From a virus (taxonomy: Duplodnaviria > Caudoviricetes), in the IMG/VR virus record IMGVR_UViG_3300049049_000088, positions 1-32,493 of that record: DNA of 32,493 nt; one strand, written 5' to 3'. A program made the translations under genes and the position numbers. The notes beneath the pieces were generated by a model. The model did not search any database and was not told the origin of the DNA. It saw only the letters and a program-made list of their open reading frames with translations. Positions within the stretch are counted from its first letter, which is position 1. The number at the start of each line of letters is the position of its first letter. Below, one piece after another: positions 16,849 through 25,439 of the stretch.

Positions 16849-17625
16849 GTGGCACGAGCACGCAACATCAAGCCCGGGTTCTTCAAGAACGAAGACCTCG
16901 CCGAATGCAGCTTCCCGGCGCGCTTGCTGTTCGCTGGCTTGTGGACCCTGGCCGACAGGGAAGGGCGCCTGGAAGACCGGCCCAAGCGCATCAAGGCCGA
17001 GCTCTTCGCGTTCGATTCCATCGAGGTGGAGCCCCTGATGAAGGAGCTCGCCAAGCAGGGGTTCATCCTTCGGTACACGGTCGGAGCCCAGGCTTTGATC
17101 CAGATCATCGCCTTTGCAAAGCACCAGAACCCTCACCACAGGGAGCCTGAAAGCGAGTTGCCACCACCACAAAGCCCAGGGCTTCAGGTGGTTGCCATCA
17201 CCCAAAAGCCTGAGGCTTTACCAGCCTTGCATGAGGATGAAGCCCCAGGCCAGGCCGAGGAAATGCAGGCAACAGACGACATGGCAAGGGGGTCTAGCCG
17301 TGCTGATTCCGGATTCTCTGATTCCGGTAACTTGATTCCGGATACACGACCACCGGACGGCACAGCCGCCGGGACTGTCACTCTCGCCCTTCTGGTGGCT
17401 GAGGGCATTGATCCGCAGCATGCCAGGGACTGGCTCAAGGCCCGGAAGACCAAGCACCTGCCGCTGACCCAGACAGCCTGGGCGCGCTTCAAGTCTGACG
17501 CGCTGAAGGCCGGCTATGAGCCTGGACCGGCCGTCGAGCTCTGCGCTGGAAAGGGGTGGGCCGGGTTCTACGTCGACAAGGCGAAGACGGCCTGTGCCGA
17601 CGACATTTTTGCTGGAGCTCGGTGA
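16849..17625 (+). CDS. Phage replication initiator (O-like / replisome organiser)
   Basis: N-terminus MARARNIKPGFFKNEDL...RLLFAGLWTLADREGRLEDRPKRIK; low-complexity centre with repeats; C-terminal W..RK.K..PLT.TAW...GWAG. Confidence 0.85.
   Translation: MARARNIKPGFFKNEDLAECSFPARLLFAGLWTLADREGRLEDRPKRIKAELFAFDSIEVEPLMKELAKQGFILRYTVGAQALIQIIAFAKHQNPHHREPESELPPPQSPGLQVVAITQKPEALPALHEDEAPGQAEEMQATDDMARGSSRADSGFSDSGNLIPDTRPPDGTAAGTVTLALLVAEGIDPQHARDWLKARKTKHLPLTQTAWARFKSDALKAGYEPGPAVELCAGKGWAGFYVDKAKTACADDIFAGAR
17172..17341. repeat. Putative replication origin iterons inside the initiator gene
   Basis: AAGCC-NNN-GGCTT inverted units at 17172 and 17206 and a degenerate copy at 17240 (34-bp period); TGATTCCGG x3 at 17304, 17319 and 17333. 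Confidence 0.6.
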
Positions 17626-17984
17626 TGCGTGGCCATGAACCGCTGATTGCCATGCGGATGGCTCGCCACCATCCAACGCTGGTCTGCATCCATGTCGGCC
17701 CTGGCCGCTGGTGGGTGGCCGATCACTGGCACGAACAGGGTTTTGTGCCCGAGCTCCATGTGGAAGCCTCGGACCCCATTGCCCGCCTGGATCTTCGTTG
17801 CATCGTCGGTCTGACGGTGGACGTGAGTGGCGACGAGGAACACAGCGACCGAATCAAGCGGGTGTTCAACGCCTGCGTCAAGGCGGGAGCTGGCCGCGTC
17901 ATTGGAGCAATCAACCGGGTTGTCGGCGGCGAAAGGAAGCCCGTCGAGTACCTGGACTCAGCAGAGGTTTTGACATGGCAGTGA
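17625..17984 (+). CDS. Hypothetical protein between initiator and helicase (119 aa)
   Basis: MRGHEPLIAMRM...LDLRCIVGLTV; TGATG coupling. Confidence 0.7.
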   Translation: MRGHEPLIAMRMARHHPTLVCIHVGPGRWWVADHWHEQGFVPELHVEASDPIARLDLRCIVGLTVDVSGDEEHSDRIKRVFNACVKAGAGRVIGAINRVVGGERKPVEYLDSAEVLTWQ

Positions 17985-18913
17985 CCTTCAACGAGGGTAA
18001 CTTCGACTTCCGCACCTACATGCACGCCAGCGAGCCTGCGTTGAAGGTTCGGCAGGCCAGTGCGTTCAGCGAGGACTTGGCACAGGCGTTCGTGATCCGG
18101 GATGCCGCCGACTTCGGCCCGCACATGCATTCCACCAAGTTGGGGACCGAGCTCGAGTTTCGGCCGGGAGAGGTGACAATTTGGGCTGGCTACAACGGCC
18201 ACAAAAAATCGATGTTCACGGGCCAAGTTGCTCTGGACATGTGCGCGATGGACCAGCGCACGCTGATCGTCAGTCTCGAGATGCAGCCGGCCAGCACCCT
18301 GGCGCGCATGGCTCGGCAGGGCCTGGCGGCCCGCTACCCCACCTTGCAGCGGCAAGCCGAGTTCATGGATTGGACTGATGGCAAGCTGTGGATGTTCGAT
18401 CACGTCGGCCGGATTTCCCCGGCGCTGTGTCTCGCGGTGCTCCGTTACTTCGCCGACGAGCTCAAGGGCAAGCAAGTCTTCATCGACAGCCTGATGAAGG
18501 TCTGCCAGTCCGAAGAAAGCCTGGACGAGCAGAAGCAGCTCATGTCCGATCTGTGCGACGTGGCGAAGGAAACCGGCCTGCACGTCCATCTGGTGGCGCA
18601 TTGCCGCAAGCCGCAGTCCGGCGGGGATGAACGGCCGCCGACGAAATACGACCTGCGTGGGTCAAGCGCCATCAGCGACTTGGCGCACAACGTGGTGACG
18701 GTTTGGGCGAACAAGGCCAAGGCCGCGGCGCTGAAGAAGGATCCGATGGACGCCAAGCAGCATGAGCCAGACATGGCGATCACGGTCGAGAAGCAGCGCA
18801 ACGGTGAGTTTGAAGGACGGGTGTCGACGTGGTTCGACCCGATGACCTTCCGATTCGTCAATGACCGGGTGAGCTCGGTTGATCCGTATCCGATCCCGAG
18901 GGGTCGCGCATGA
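17975..18913 (+). CDS. SF4 (DnaB/T7 gp4-like) helicase, C-terminal domain only
   Basis: FRPGEVTIWAGYNGHKKS (Walker A-like), SLEM, VFIDSL (Walker B), LVAH, DLRGSSAISDLA and EKQRNG; ATG at 17975 with a GAGG RBS. Confidence 0.88.
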   Translation: MAVTFNEGNFDFRTYMHASEPALKVRQASAFSEDLAQAFVIRDAADFGPHMHSTKLGTELEFRPGEVTIWAGYNGHKKSMFTGQVALDMCAMDQRTLIVSLEMQPASTLARMARQGLAARYPTLQRQAEFMDWTDGKLWMFDHVGRISPALCLAVLRYFADELKGKQVFIDSLMKVCQSEESLDEQKQLMSDLCDVAKETGLHVHLVAHCRKPQSGGDERPPTKYDLRGSSAISDLAHNVVTVWANKAKAAALKKDPMDAKQHEPDMAITVEKQRNGEFEGRVSTWFDPMTFRFVNDRVSSVDPYPIPRGRA

Positions 18914-18950
18914 GCGACCTCCCCAAAGCCCGCCGCACGGAGTGCGTGAA

Positions 18951-19187
18951 ATGAAGCAGGCAGTCAGTAACCCGTGGGGGCTGACCTGCAGCCAGGTCGA
19001 CGCGATGGACGCGCTCTGCGAAAAGGGGACGATGCAGGCGGCTGCCGCACGACTCGACATCAGTTACCACACGCTGAACGACCACACCAAGGCGGCTTAC
19101 AGCAAGCTCGGCGCGCATCACATGATTCACGCCTGCCTCAAGTGGGACCGCTGGCGCCAGACCGATGGGAAAGGAGTTCCGGCATGA
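18951..19187 (+). CDS. LuxR-type HTH protein
   Basis: LT.SQ...MDAL......AAAARLDISYHTLNDH...AYSKLG. Confidence 0.75.
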   Translation: MKQAVSNPWGLTCSQVDAMDALCEKGTMQAAAARLDISYHTLNDHTKAAYSKLGAHHMIHACLKWDRWRQTDGKGVPA

Positions 19188-19359
19188 CCGACGCTTTGCC
19201 GTTTAGTTTGCGCCCACGCATTGTTCGGTTCACCAAGTCGCCGACCCTGCGCCGACCCTGCGCTGGCGATGCTCGGCGGTGTTCATCTGCGGCTACGGAA
19301 CCACGCCAGAGAACGCCTACAACGACTGGTTGCGCCAGATTGAGCGCGAGTGGTCATGA
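19184..19359 (+). pseudogene. Small phage gene frameshifted by an 11-bp tandem duplication
   Basis: CGCCGACCCTG x2 at 19239-19260. Removing one copy gives a 54-aa ORF MTDALPFSLRPRIVRFTKSPTLRWRCSAVFICGYGTTPENAYNDWLRQIEREWS whose stop is ATGA-coupled to the next gene. Confidence 0.65.
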
Positions 19360-19451
19360 ACCACGACCTCATCACCGCCATCCTATTGGGCATGGCAATC
19401 GGACTCCCCGCAGGGGTGGCAATGGGTCTGCTGTGGACCCGCAACGACTGA
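19356..19451 (+). CDS. 31-aa single-TM peptide (MNHDLITAILLGMAIGLPAGVAMGLLWTRND)
   Basis: Translated by hand; hydrophobic with GxxxG repeats; coupled start. Confidence 0.5.
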   Translation: MNHDLITAILLGMAIGLPAGVAMGLLWTRND

Positions 19452-19458
19452 AAGGACT

Positions 19459-19686
19459 GTGATGGAACAGACGGAACAGCAATCATGGACGTGGCTCGCG
19501 TGGTGGCTCCACGCCCTGCCGCAACCGCAATCCGACCGCCCCGGCATCGCCAACTACCACGCATGGCAGGCCGCCCAGCCCAAGCCCGCACCGGAACCGC
19601 AGCCCGAACCCAAGCGCTGCGATGGCCTGCTGACACAGGCGCCGCTGTCCGGGCGCGTGGGTGGGAAGTGGGGGGTCGAGGCATGA
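19459..19686 (+). CDS. Hypothetical phage protein (75 aa)
   Basis: AAGGA RBS; ATGA coupling to the next gene. Confidence 0.5.
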   Translation: MMEQTEQQSWTWLAWWLHALPQPQSDRPGIANYHAWQAAQPKPAPEPQPEPKRCDGLLTQAPLSGRVGGKWGVEA

Positions 19687-20096
19687 GTGGCTGGATTGGG
19701 GTTGACTTCGACGGCACGCTGGCCGAGTACGGGACTTGGGTGGGGGCGAGCCACGTTGGCAAGCCCATCCCAGCCATGGTTGAGCGGGTAAAGCGGTGGC
19801 GCACGGAAGGGCGTGAGGTTCGCATCTTCACGGCGCGCATGTACCCGTTCGCCGTCTGTCTGCGTCCGCAGGACGATGTGGCCGCCGACCAGTCGGGCGG
19901 GTGGAGCGACCTGAATCGCGGGGCCTATGAGTCCATCCAGGCCATCCGGGCGTGGTGCCGCGAACACCTGGGCGAGGTGCTGCCGATTACCTGCGTCAAG
20001 GACTATGGGATGGTCGAACTGTGGGACGACCGCGCCGTTCAGGTCCGCGCCAATACCGGAGAGCCGGTCGGCTACAGCACCCGCGGTCTGGCCTGA
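19683..20096 (+). CDS. HAD-superfamily phosphatase (PNKP-phosphatase-like)
   Basis: WIGVDFDGTLA (DxDGT), IFTAR, ITCVKD and LWDDRA. Confidence 0.82.
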   Translation: MSGWIGVDFDGTLAEYGTWVGASHVGKPIPAMVERVKRWRTEGREVRIFTARMYPFAVCLRPQDDVAADQSGGWSDLNRGAYESIQAIRAWCREHLGEVLPITCVKDYGMVELWDDRAVQVRANTGEPVGYSTRGLA

Positions 20097-20097
20097 C

Positions 20098-20451
20098 ATG
20101 CGACGCGCCGCCCGCATCGACGCCAACCAACCCGCCATCGTGGAAGCACTGCGGGCTGCTGGCGCAAGCGTGGCGACGGCGCACACCCTCGGCGACGGGT
20201 TTCCCGATCTGGTGGTGGGCTATCTCGGCGTGGCGGTGCTGATGGAAGTCAAGGACGGCAGCAAGCCCCCCAGCGCGCGGCAGCTCACCCCGGAGCAGGT
20301 GAAGTTCCACGCCAACTGGAAGGGGCCGATCTCGACCGTGACCGACGTAGAGGGCGCCTTGCGCGTGCTCCGGGTCATCGAGGCCAGCGTTTGCGATGCC
20401 TGCCAGGCCAAAGCGGGCGGGTTTGTTCGGGTGACTGTGGAGACGACATGA
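20098..20451 (+). CDS. VRR-NUC / PD-(D/E)xK Holliday-junction resolvase-like nuclease
   Basis: RIDANQ..IV.ALR..G...GFPDLVVG...MEVKDG...LTPEQ..F...W.G. Confidence 0.85.
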   Translation: MRRAARIDANQPAIVEALRAAGASVATAHTLGDGFPDLVVGYLGVAVLMEVKDGSKPPSARQLTPEQVKFHANWKGPISTVTDVEGALRVLRVIEASVCDACQAKAGGFVRVTVETT

Positions 20452-20621
20452 AAGTGCTCAAGTGGATCAAGCGTGCCGCCTGTTTTGTCCCGGCAGCGGC
20501 GTTCGGATGGTTCCTGTCGCCGATGCTGATTGCGCACGGCTCCAGTTCGGCGTTTGACATCGCCATTGGCGTGCCGATCGCGCTCGTGGTGGCTGGCTTC
20601 TATGGCTGCCTGTCGACATGA
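20448..20621 (+). CDS. Small two-TM membrane protein (57 aa)
   Basis: MKVLKWIKRAACFVPAAAFGWFLSPMLI...IAIGVPIALVVAGFYG; ATGA coupling on both sides. Confidence 0.6.
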   Translation: MKVLKWIKRAACFVPAAAFGWFLSPMLIAHGSSSAFDIAIGVPIALVVAGFYGCLST

Positions 20622-20854
20622 GTTGGAGCACAAGGCGGACAAAGCCGTACACCACTGCCGGCATAGCAAGACTGGCGTGCATCCGCTGTGGTGGTCAAGC
20701 TGTCCATCAGTGGCAAATCTGCTCAGACGGGAGCAACTGGCGCCCGCTCTGCCTGGCCTGCGACATCGCCCTGAACCGCGCAGTGCTTGAGTGGATGGGG
20801 CACCCGGACGCTGAGAGATTGGTCAGCGCCTACAAGGCGAAGCAGGAAACGTAA
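20618..20854 (+). CDS. Small Zn-binding hypothetical protein
   Basis: CIRCG...LCLACD (two CxxC pairs). Confidence 0.7.
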   Translation: MSWSTRRTKPYTTAGIARLACIRCGGQAVHQWQICSDGSNWRPLCLACDIALNRAVLEWMGHPDAERLVSAYKAKQET

Positions 20855-21232
20855 ATGCTCATGGCGACAAAACCAATCGTTGACTTCCATCTCGTGCTGC
20901 CCGAGCATTTCGCCATCCATGAGCGCATGCTGAACTGGGCCAGGTGGTGCCACTCGACCGGCGGCCGGACGGTGGCGCCCATGTTCCGCCTGTACCGCTG
21001 CCCGGACCACTGGAACACCACCGCGCTCCCGGATGTGGTCGACTCCATCGATGCCCAGGCCATCCAGAAGGTCATGAGCCAACTGCCGATCAAGCAGCGA
21101 AAGGCGCTGGCCTGGTGCTACGTCATCCGCACCAGCCCGAGCAAGGCCATCCGTGAACTCGGCGTAAGCATGCAGGGCCTGTCGGACCTGATCTGGCAAG
21201 GGCGTGTGATGTTGGTGAACAGGGGCCTGTAA
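20855..21232 (+). CDS. Late antiterminator Q-like protein
   Basis: HERMLNWARW...DAQAIQKVMSQLP..QR.AL...Y plus a C-terminal HTH; last early gene, followed by a promoter-terminator pair. Confidence 0.7.
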   Translation: MLMATKPIVDFHLVLPEHFAIHERMLNWARWCHSTGGRTVAPMFRLYRCPDHWNTTALPDVVDSIDAQAIQKVMSQLPIKQRKALAWCYVIRTSPSKAIRELGVSMQGLSDLIWQGRVMLVNRGL

Positions 21233-21238
21233 AGACTC

Positions 21239-21266
21239 TTGACACGCCCGCAGAACTGGTGATAAT
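21239..21266 (+). promoter_or_regulatory. pR'-like late promoter
   Basis: TTGACA (21239-21244), 16 bp, GATAAT (21261-21266), immediately after the Q-like gene. Confidence 0.8.
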
Positions 21267-21337
21267 GCCAGCCAACTGCACACGCGCATACGCATTTGGA
21301 GCAGCCCGTCCATTCGGAGGCGCGGCTGTCAGCAGAG

Positions 21338-21366
21338 AGCCCGACTCAGGAATGAGCGGGCTTTTT
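21338..21366 (+). terminator. tR'-like intrinsic terminator
   Basis: AGCCCG(A)CTCA-GGAA-TGAGCGGGCT-TTTT. A second hairpin GCAGCC...GGCTGT lies at 21301-21329. Confidence 0.8.
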
Positions 21367-21422
21367 GCGTTGTAGGGGCGACTTGAGGCGCTTACCTCAT
21401 GACTGCCGAGAGGCACTCTCCC

Positions 21423-21806
21423 ATGGCCCGCCCTTCTTCCTACGATCCCGCCTATTGCGATGCTGTCATTGCATGGGGCGAGCAAGGCAAGTCGGTCACT
21501 TGGATGGCCGCTGAGCTGGATGTGTCGAAGCAGACACTGCACAACTGGGCTGCAGAGTTCCCTGAGTTCTTGGACGCCTTGACGCGTGCGAAGGCCAAAG
21601 CGCAGAAGTGGTGGGAAGACGCTGGCCAGGCTGGTCTTGCGATGCCGGGCTTCAATGGCTCGGTCTACGCCAAGAGCATGGCCGCCCGCTTCCCCGAGGA
21701 CTGGCGCGACAACAAGGCTGTTGAGTTGACCGGCGCGAACGGTGGCCCTGTGCAAAACGAGATGGTGATTCGGTTCGAAGATGGTGGCGATAAGCCTACC
21801 GACTAA
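21423..21806 (+). CDS. terS: Terminase small subunit
   Basis: MARPSSYDPAYC...GKS...MAAELDVSKQTLHNW...PEF; C-terminal WRD...ELTGANGGPV. Confidence 0.88.
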   Translation: MARPSSYDPAYCDAVIAWGEQGKSVTWMAAELDVSKQTLHNWAAEFPEFLDALTRAKAKAQKWWEDAGQAGLAMPGFNGSVYAKSMAARFPEDWRDNKAVELTGANGGPVQNEMVIRFEDGGDKPTD

Positions 21807-23049
21807 GCTTCGGCCGCTATTCGACTCGGCTCCATACAAGGTTCTCCACGGTGGCCGCGGTTCAGGCAAGAGCTGGGGTGTCGCGCGGGTTCTATTGATC
21901 AAGGCGCGGCAGAAGAAGCTGCGCGTGCTCTGTACCCGCGAGGTGCAGAAGAGCATCAAAGACTCAGTGCATGCGCTGCTGAGTGACCAGATCCAGGCGC
22001 TTGGCTTCGGAGCCGAGTTCGATGTGCTGGAGAACGAGATCAGGTGCACACGCACTGGCAGCTCGTTCCTGTTCAGTGGGCTCGCTGCCCATACGGTGGA
22101 GTCGATCAAGTCCTTTGAGGGCTGCGACCTGTGTTGGGTTGAAGAGGGCCAAAGCGTCAGCGGCAAGAGCTGGGACATCTTGGAACCGACGATCCGCAAG
22201 CCTGGGTCTGAAATCTGGATCACGTTCAACCCGCAGCTTGAGAGCGACGAGACGTACCAGCGGTACGTGATCAACCCGCCGCCTCGGGCCATCGTGATCG
22301 AGATGAACTACTGGGATAACAGGTGGTTCCCGCAGGAGCTGGAAGACAAGCGCCAGCACGCCGAACGCACGATGAAGCCGGAGAAGTACCGGCACATCTG
22401 GGAAGGCAAATGCATGCCGGCTGTGGAGGGCGCTATCTACTTCGATGAAGTTGCCCGGGCCGAGGACGAAGGGCGCATCACACGCGTCGGCTATGACCGG
22501 CTGCTGAAGACGCACGCGATCTGGGATCTTGGGTGGAACGACAGCATGTCGATCATCATCACCCAGCGCTCGGCCAGCGAGATTCGCGTCATTGACTACA
22601 TCGAGGACAGCCACAAGAAGCTGTCGGACTACGTGGAGATGCTGAAAGCCAAGCCCTACAACTGGGGCAGCGACTGGCTCCCGCACGACGGGTTCAGCAA
22701 GGACTACAAGACCGGCAAGAGCGCAGACGAGATGCTTCGCGCGCTTGAGCGGTCGGTGTCGCGCACGCCGAACATGGACATAGAGGGCGGCATCAAAGCC
22801 GCTCGTGAGGTGTTCGATCGCGTGTGGTTCGACAAGGAAAAGACGGTGCGGCTGGTCGAGTGCTTGAAGCGCTACCGCCGCAACATCGGCCAGAAGACCG
22901 GCGAGGCGGGCAGCCCGCTTCACGACCAGTACAGCCACGGGGCCGACGCGTTTCGCTACCTGGCTGTCTGCGCAGACCAACTGAAGAACACGGCCAAGAA
23001 GCCCCGGCAAACCGAGCCAGACCAGCCTTCAAGCTGGATGGCGGCATGA
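21781..23049 (+). CDS. terL: Terminase large subunit (PBSX family)
   Basis: HGGRGSGKS, CTREVQKSIKDS, WVEEG, PTIRK.GSEIW.TFNP, WDLG and SHGADAFRY. Confidence 0.95.
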   Translation: MVAISLPTKLRPLFDSAPYKVLHGGRGSGKSWGVARVLLIKARQKKLRVLCTREVQKSIKDSVHALLSDQIQALGFGAEFDVLENEIRCTRTGSSFLFSGLAAHTVESIKSFEGCDLCWVEEGQSVSGKSWDILEPTIRKPGSEIWITFNPQLESDETYQRYVINPPPRAIVIEMNYWDNRWFPQELEDKRQHAERTMKPEKYRHIWEGKCMPAVEGAIYFDEVARAEDEGRITRVGYDRLLKTHAIWDLGWNDSMSIIITQRSASEIRVIDYIEDSHKKLSDYVEMLKAKPYNWGSDWLPHDGFSKDYKTGKSADEMLRALERSVSRTPNMDIEGGIKAAREVFDRVWFDKEKTVRLVECLKRYRRNIGQKTGEAGSPLHDQYSHGADAFRYLAVCADQLKNTAKKPRQTEPDQPSSWMAA

Positions 23050-23052
23050 AAC

Positions 23053-23343
23053 ATGATGAACAAATCAATGGTCCGAGCGATGTGGAGCGGCGTAGGCCGC
23101 TATGCCATGCGCCTGGACGCCTGCTATGTGGACGGCAAGGGCCAGCGCAAGCAGATCGGCGTTGGGCTTGGCTTTGATCACCCCGCCGAGTTCACGACCG
23201 CCAGGTTCAAGGCTGGCTTGGCTGCGCTGTCCCGAGCGGCGGCAGAACGTGGTGCCGCTGGCCTGTTCGCGCCTGACCACATCGACGGCCTGCCCAAGCT
23301 GACCCCTGAAGTGCAAGCCAACTTCGAAGCCGCATTCGCCTGA
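23053..23343 (+). CDS. Hypothetical protein between terL and portal (96 aa)
   Basis: Fills the gap exactly; TGATG coupling to the portal gene. Confidence 0.55.
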   Translation: MMNKSMVRAMWSGVGRYAMRLDACYVDGKGQRKQIGVGLGFDHPAEFTTARFKAGLAALSRAAAERGAAGLFAPDHIDGLPKLTPEVQANFEAAFA

Positions 23344-25439
23344 TGGCCAAGCAAGACACCCTCCAGCGCATCCGCGAGCGATACGCAGATGCGGCGGACG
23401 CCATGCGCGAGCAGCACGAGCGCATGCGCGAGGACATGGAGTTCTCCAACCCAGCATGCCCGAAGCAGTGGGACGCCCAGGCTGTCGCCGCTCGGGCTGG
23501 CCGGCCGTGCCTGACCTTCGACCGCACGAACCAGTTCATTCAGCAGGTTGTCAACGACGGCCGGCAGAACAAGCCGAGCATCAGCGTCCTTCCTGCCGAC
23601 TCGCAGGCCGACCCTGACGTTGCCCAGAAGCTCGACGGCATCATCAGGCACATCGAGTACGTGTCACGGGCGGGTATCGCCTATGACACCGGCCTGGAGC
23701 ACGCTGTTCGCTGCGGCCTGGGCTGGATTCGGGTGGTGCCGCAGATCATGCGGCCCGAGACGAACGAGCAAGAGATTCGCATCATGCGGGTGCACGACCC
23801 GCTGTCGGTGCGCCTGGACCCGAACAGCACCGAGCCCGATGGGTCGGACGCGATGCACGGGTTCGTGGAAACGATGTTCACTCAGCGCGCCTTCAAGGCC
23901 GCATACCCGAAGGCCAAGCTGCAAAGCTTCGACGGCGAGGCCACGGGCTGGTTCGAAACCGACTTCGTTCGCGTGTGCGAGTACCTTGAAGTCGTCGAAG
24001 AGGCCGAGAACGCCGTCATCGTCGACCTGAACGGCGAGCGCATGTCGTTCAGCGAGTCGGACTACTGGGACGCGGCGAAGAAGACCGGCGTCAAGTTGCC
24101 GGTCATCAGCACGTTCGAGCGCAAGCAGCGCCGCGTGAAGTGGTGCAAGGTCACTGGCGCCGAGGTGCTGGAAGAGACGGACTTCCCCAGCCAGTACCTG
24201 GGCCTGATCCCAGTTCAAGGCCATGAGCTGTGGCTGCACGGCAAGCGCTACCTGTCGGGCATGGTCCGGCAGATGATGGACTCGCAGCGCTTCCACAACT
24301 ACGCCATCAGCGCGGCTGCCGAGGGTGTGGCGTTGCAGCCCAAAGCGCCGTTCATCGCTGCCATGGAGGCCATCGAAGGCCACGAGGCCAAGTGGAAGAA
24401 CGCGAACACCGGCAACCCTTCGGTGCTTCCGTACAACGCGCTCGACGATCAAGATCGCCAGTTGCCGATCCCGCAGCGCTCGCAGCCGCCGGTGATGAGC
24501 CAGGGTTGGACCGATCTACTCGGCTACAGCTCGCAGGCGATGGAATCGTCTGTCGGCATGTTCAAGGCCAACTTGGGCCAGCAGGGCAACGAAACCAGCG
24601 GCCGGGCCATTCGTGCCAGGCAGCAGGAGGGCGACACCGCCACCTTCCACTTCATCGACAACCTTTCGCGCTCCATTGAGCAGCTTGGCCGGGTCGTGGT
24701 GGACATGATCCCGCGCATCTACGACACGCAGCGCATGGCGCGCATCGTGGGCGAGGACGGGCAGCAGGACTTCGTGCAGATCGCGCCCGAGATGCCCAAC
24801 GCTGCGAAGAAGCAGGGCAAGAAGGTCATTGCGATCAACCCTGGCGTTGGTGCGTACGACGTGCGCGTGAAGGCCGGCCCGAGCTACACCACGCAGCGCC
24901 AGGAGACGGCCGAGCAGTTGTCGCAGATGCTGCAAGCCGCGCCACAACTCTTGCCGTTGCTGGGCGACGTGTGGGTGAAGATGCAGGACTGGCCTGAGGC
25001 CGACAAGGTGGCGCGCCGCCTCAAGGCCATGCTCCCGCCCGAGATCAAGGCGGTCGAGGACGAGGAGACCGAGTTGCCTCCCGAGGCAGTGCAGAAGATC
25101 GAGATGCTGCAACAGCAGATCGAGCAGCTTTCGCAGGCGCTGGAGAACGCGGCTGCCGAGGCTGAGAGCAAGGAAATCGAGCGTGAGAAGGCCGAGGCCG
25201 ACATGCTCATCCGCGGCTATGAGGCCGTGACCAACCGCATGAAGATCGTGCCGCCGATGACGCCAGAGGCGGTGCAGGCCATTGCCATGCAGACCGTCCA
25301 GCAGGCGCTAACTGTGCCGCCGGTCGAGCAGCAGGAGCCCATGCCGCCCGACATGCCACCGATGCCGCCAGACGGCGCGATGCAACCCAACGAACCGCCA
25401 CCAGGCGGTTTTTTTACGCCTGGTGAGGCCATGCAATGA
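23343..25439 (+). CDS. Portal protein (P22-like)
   Basis: QWD....R.GRPCLTF, SGRAIRARQQEG...F.FIDNL, YDV.V..GPSYTTQRQE, C-terminal coiled coil; position after terL. Confidence 0.92.
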   Translation: MAKQDTLQRIRERYADAADAMREQHERMREDMEFSNPACPKQWDAQAVAARAGRPCLTFDRTNQFIQQVVNDGRQNKPSISVLPADSQADPDVAQKLDGIIRHIEYVSRAGIAYDTGLEHAVRCGLGWIRVVPQIMRPETNEQEIRIMRVHDPLSVRLDPNSTEPDGSDAMHGFVETMFTQRAFKAAYPKAKLQSFDGEATGWFETDFVRVCEYLEVVEEAENAVIVDLNGERMSFSESDYWDAAKKTGVKLPVISTFERKQRRVKWCKVTGAEVLEETDFPSQYLGLIPVQGHELWLHGKRYLSGMVRQMMDSQRFHNYAISAAAEGVALQPKAPFIAAMEAIEGHEAKWKNANTGNPSVLPYNALDDQDRQLPIPQRSQPPVMSQGWTDLLGYSSQAMESSVGMFKANLGQQGNETSGRAIRARQQEGDTATFHFIDNLSRSIEQLGRVVVDMIPRIYDTQRMARIVGEDGQQDFVQIAPEMPNAAKKQGKKVIAINPGVGAYDVRVKAGPSYTTQRQETAEQLSQMLQAAPQLLPLLGDVWVKMQDWPEADKVARRLKAMLPPEIKAVEDEETELPPEAVQKIEMLQQQIEQLSQALENAAAEAESKEIEREKAEADMLIRGYEAVTNRMKIVPPMTPEAVQAIAMQTVQQALTVPPVEQQEPMPPDMPPMPPDGAMQPNEPPPGGFFTPGEAMQ
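25393..25415 (+). terminator. Intrinsic terminator-like hairpin inside the portal 3' end
   Basis: AACCGCC-ACCA-GGCGGTT-TTTTT, encoding PPPGGFF. Confidence 0.65.
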
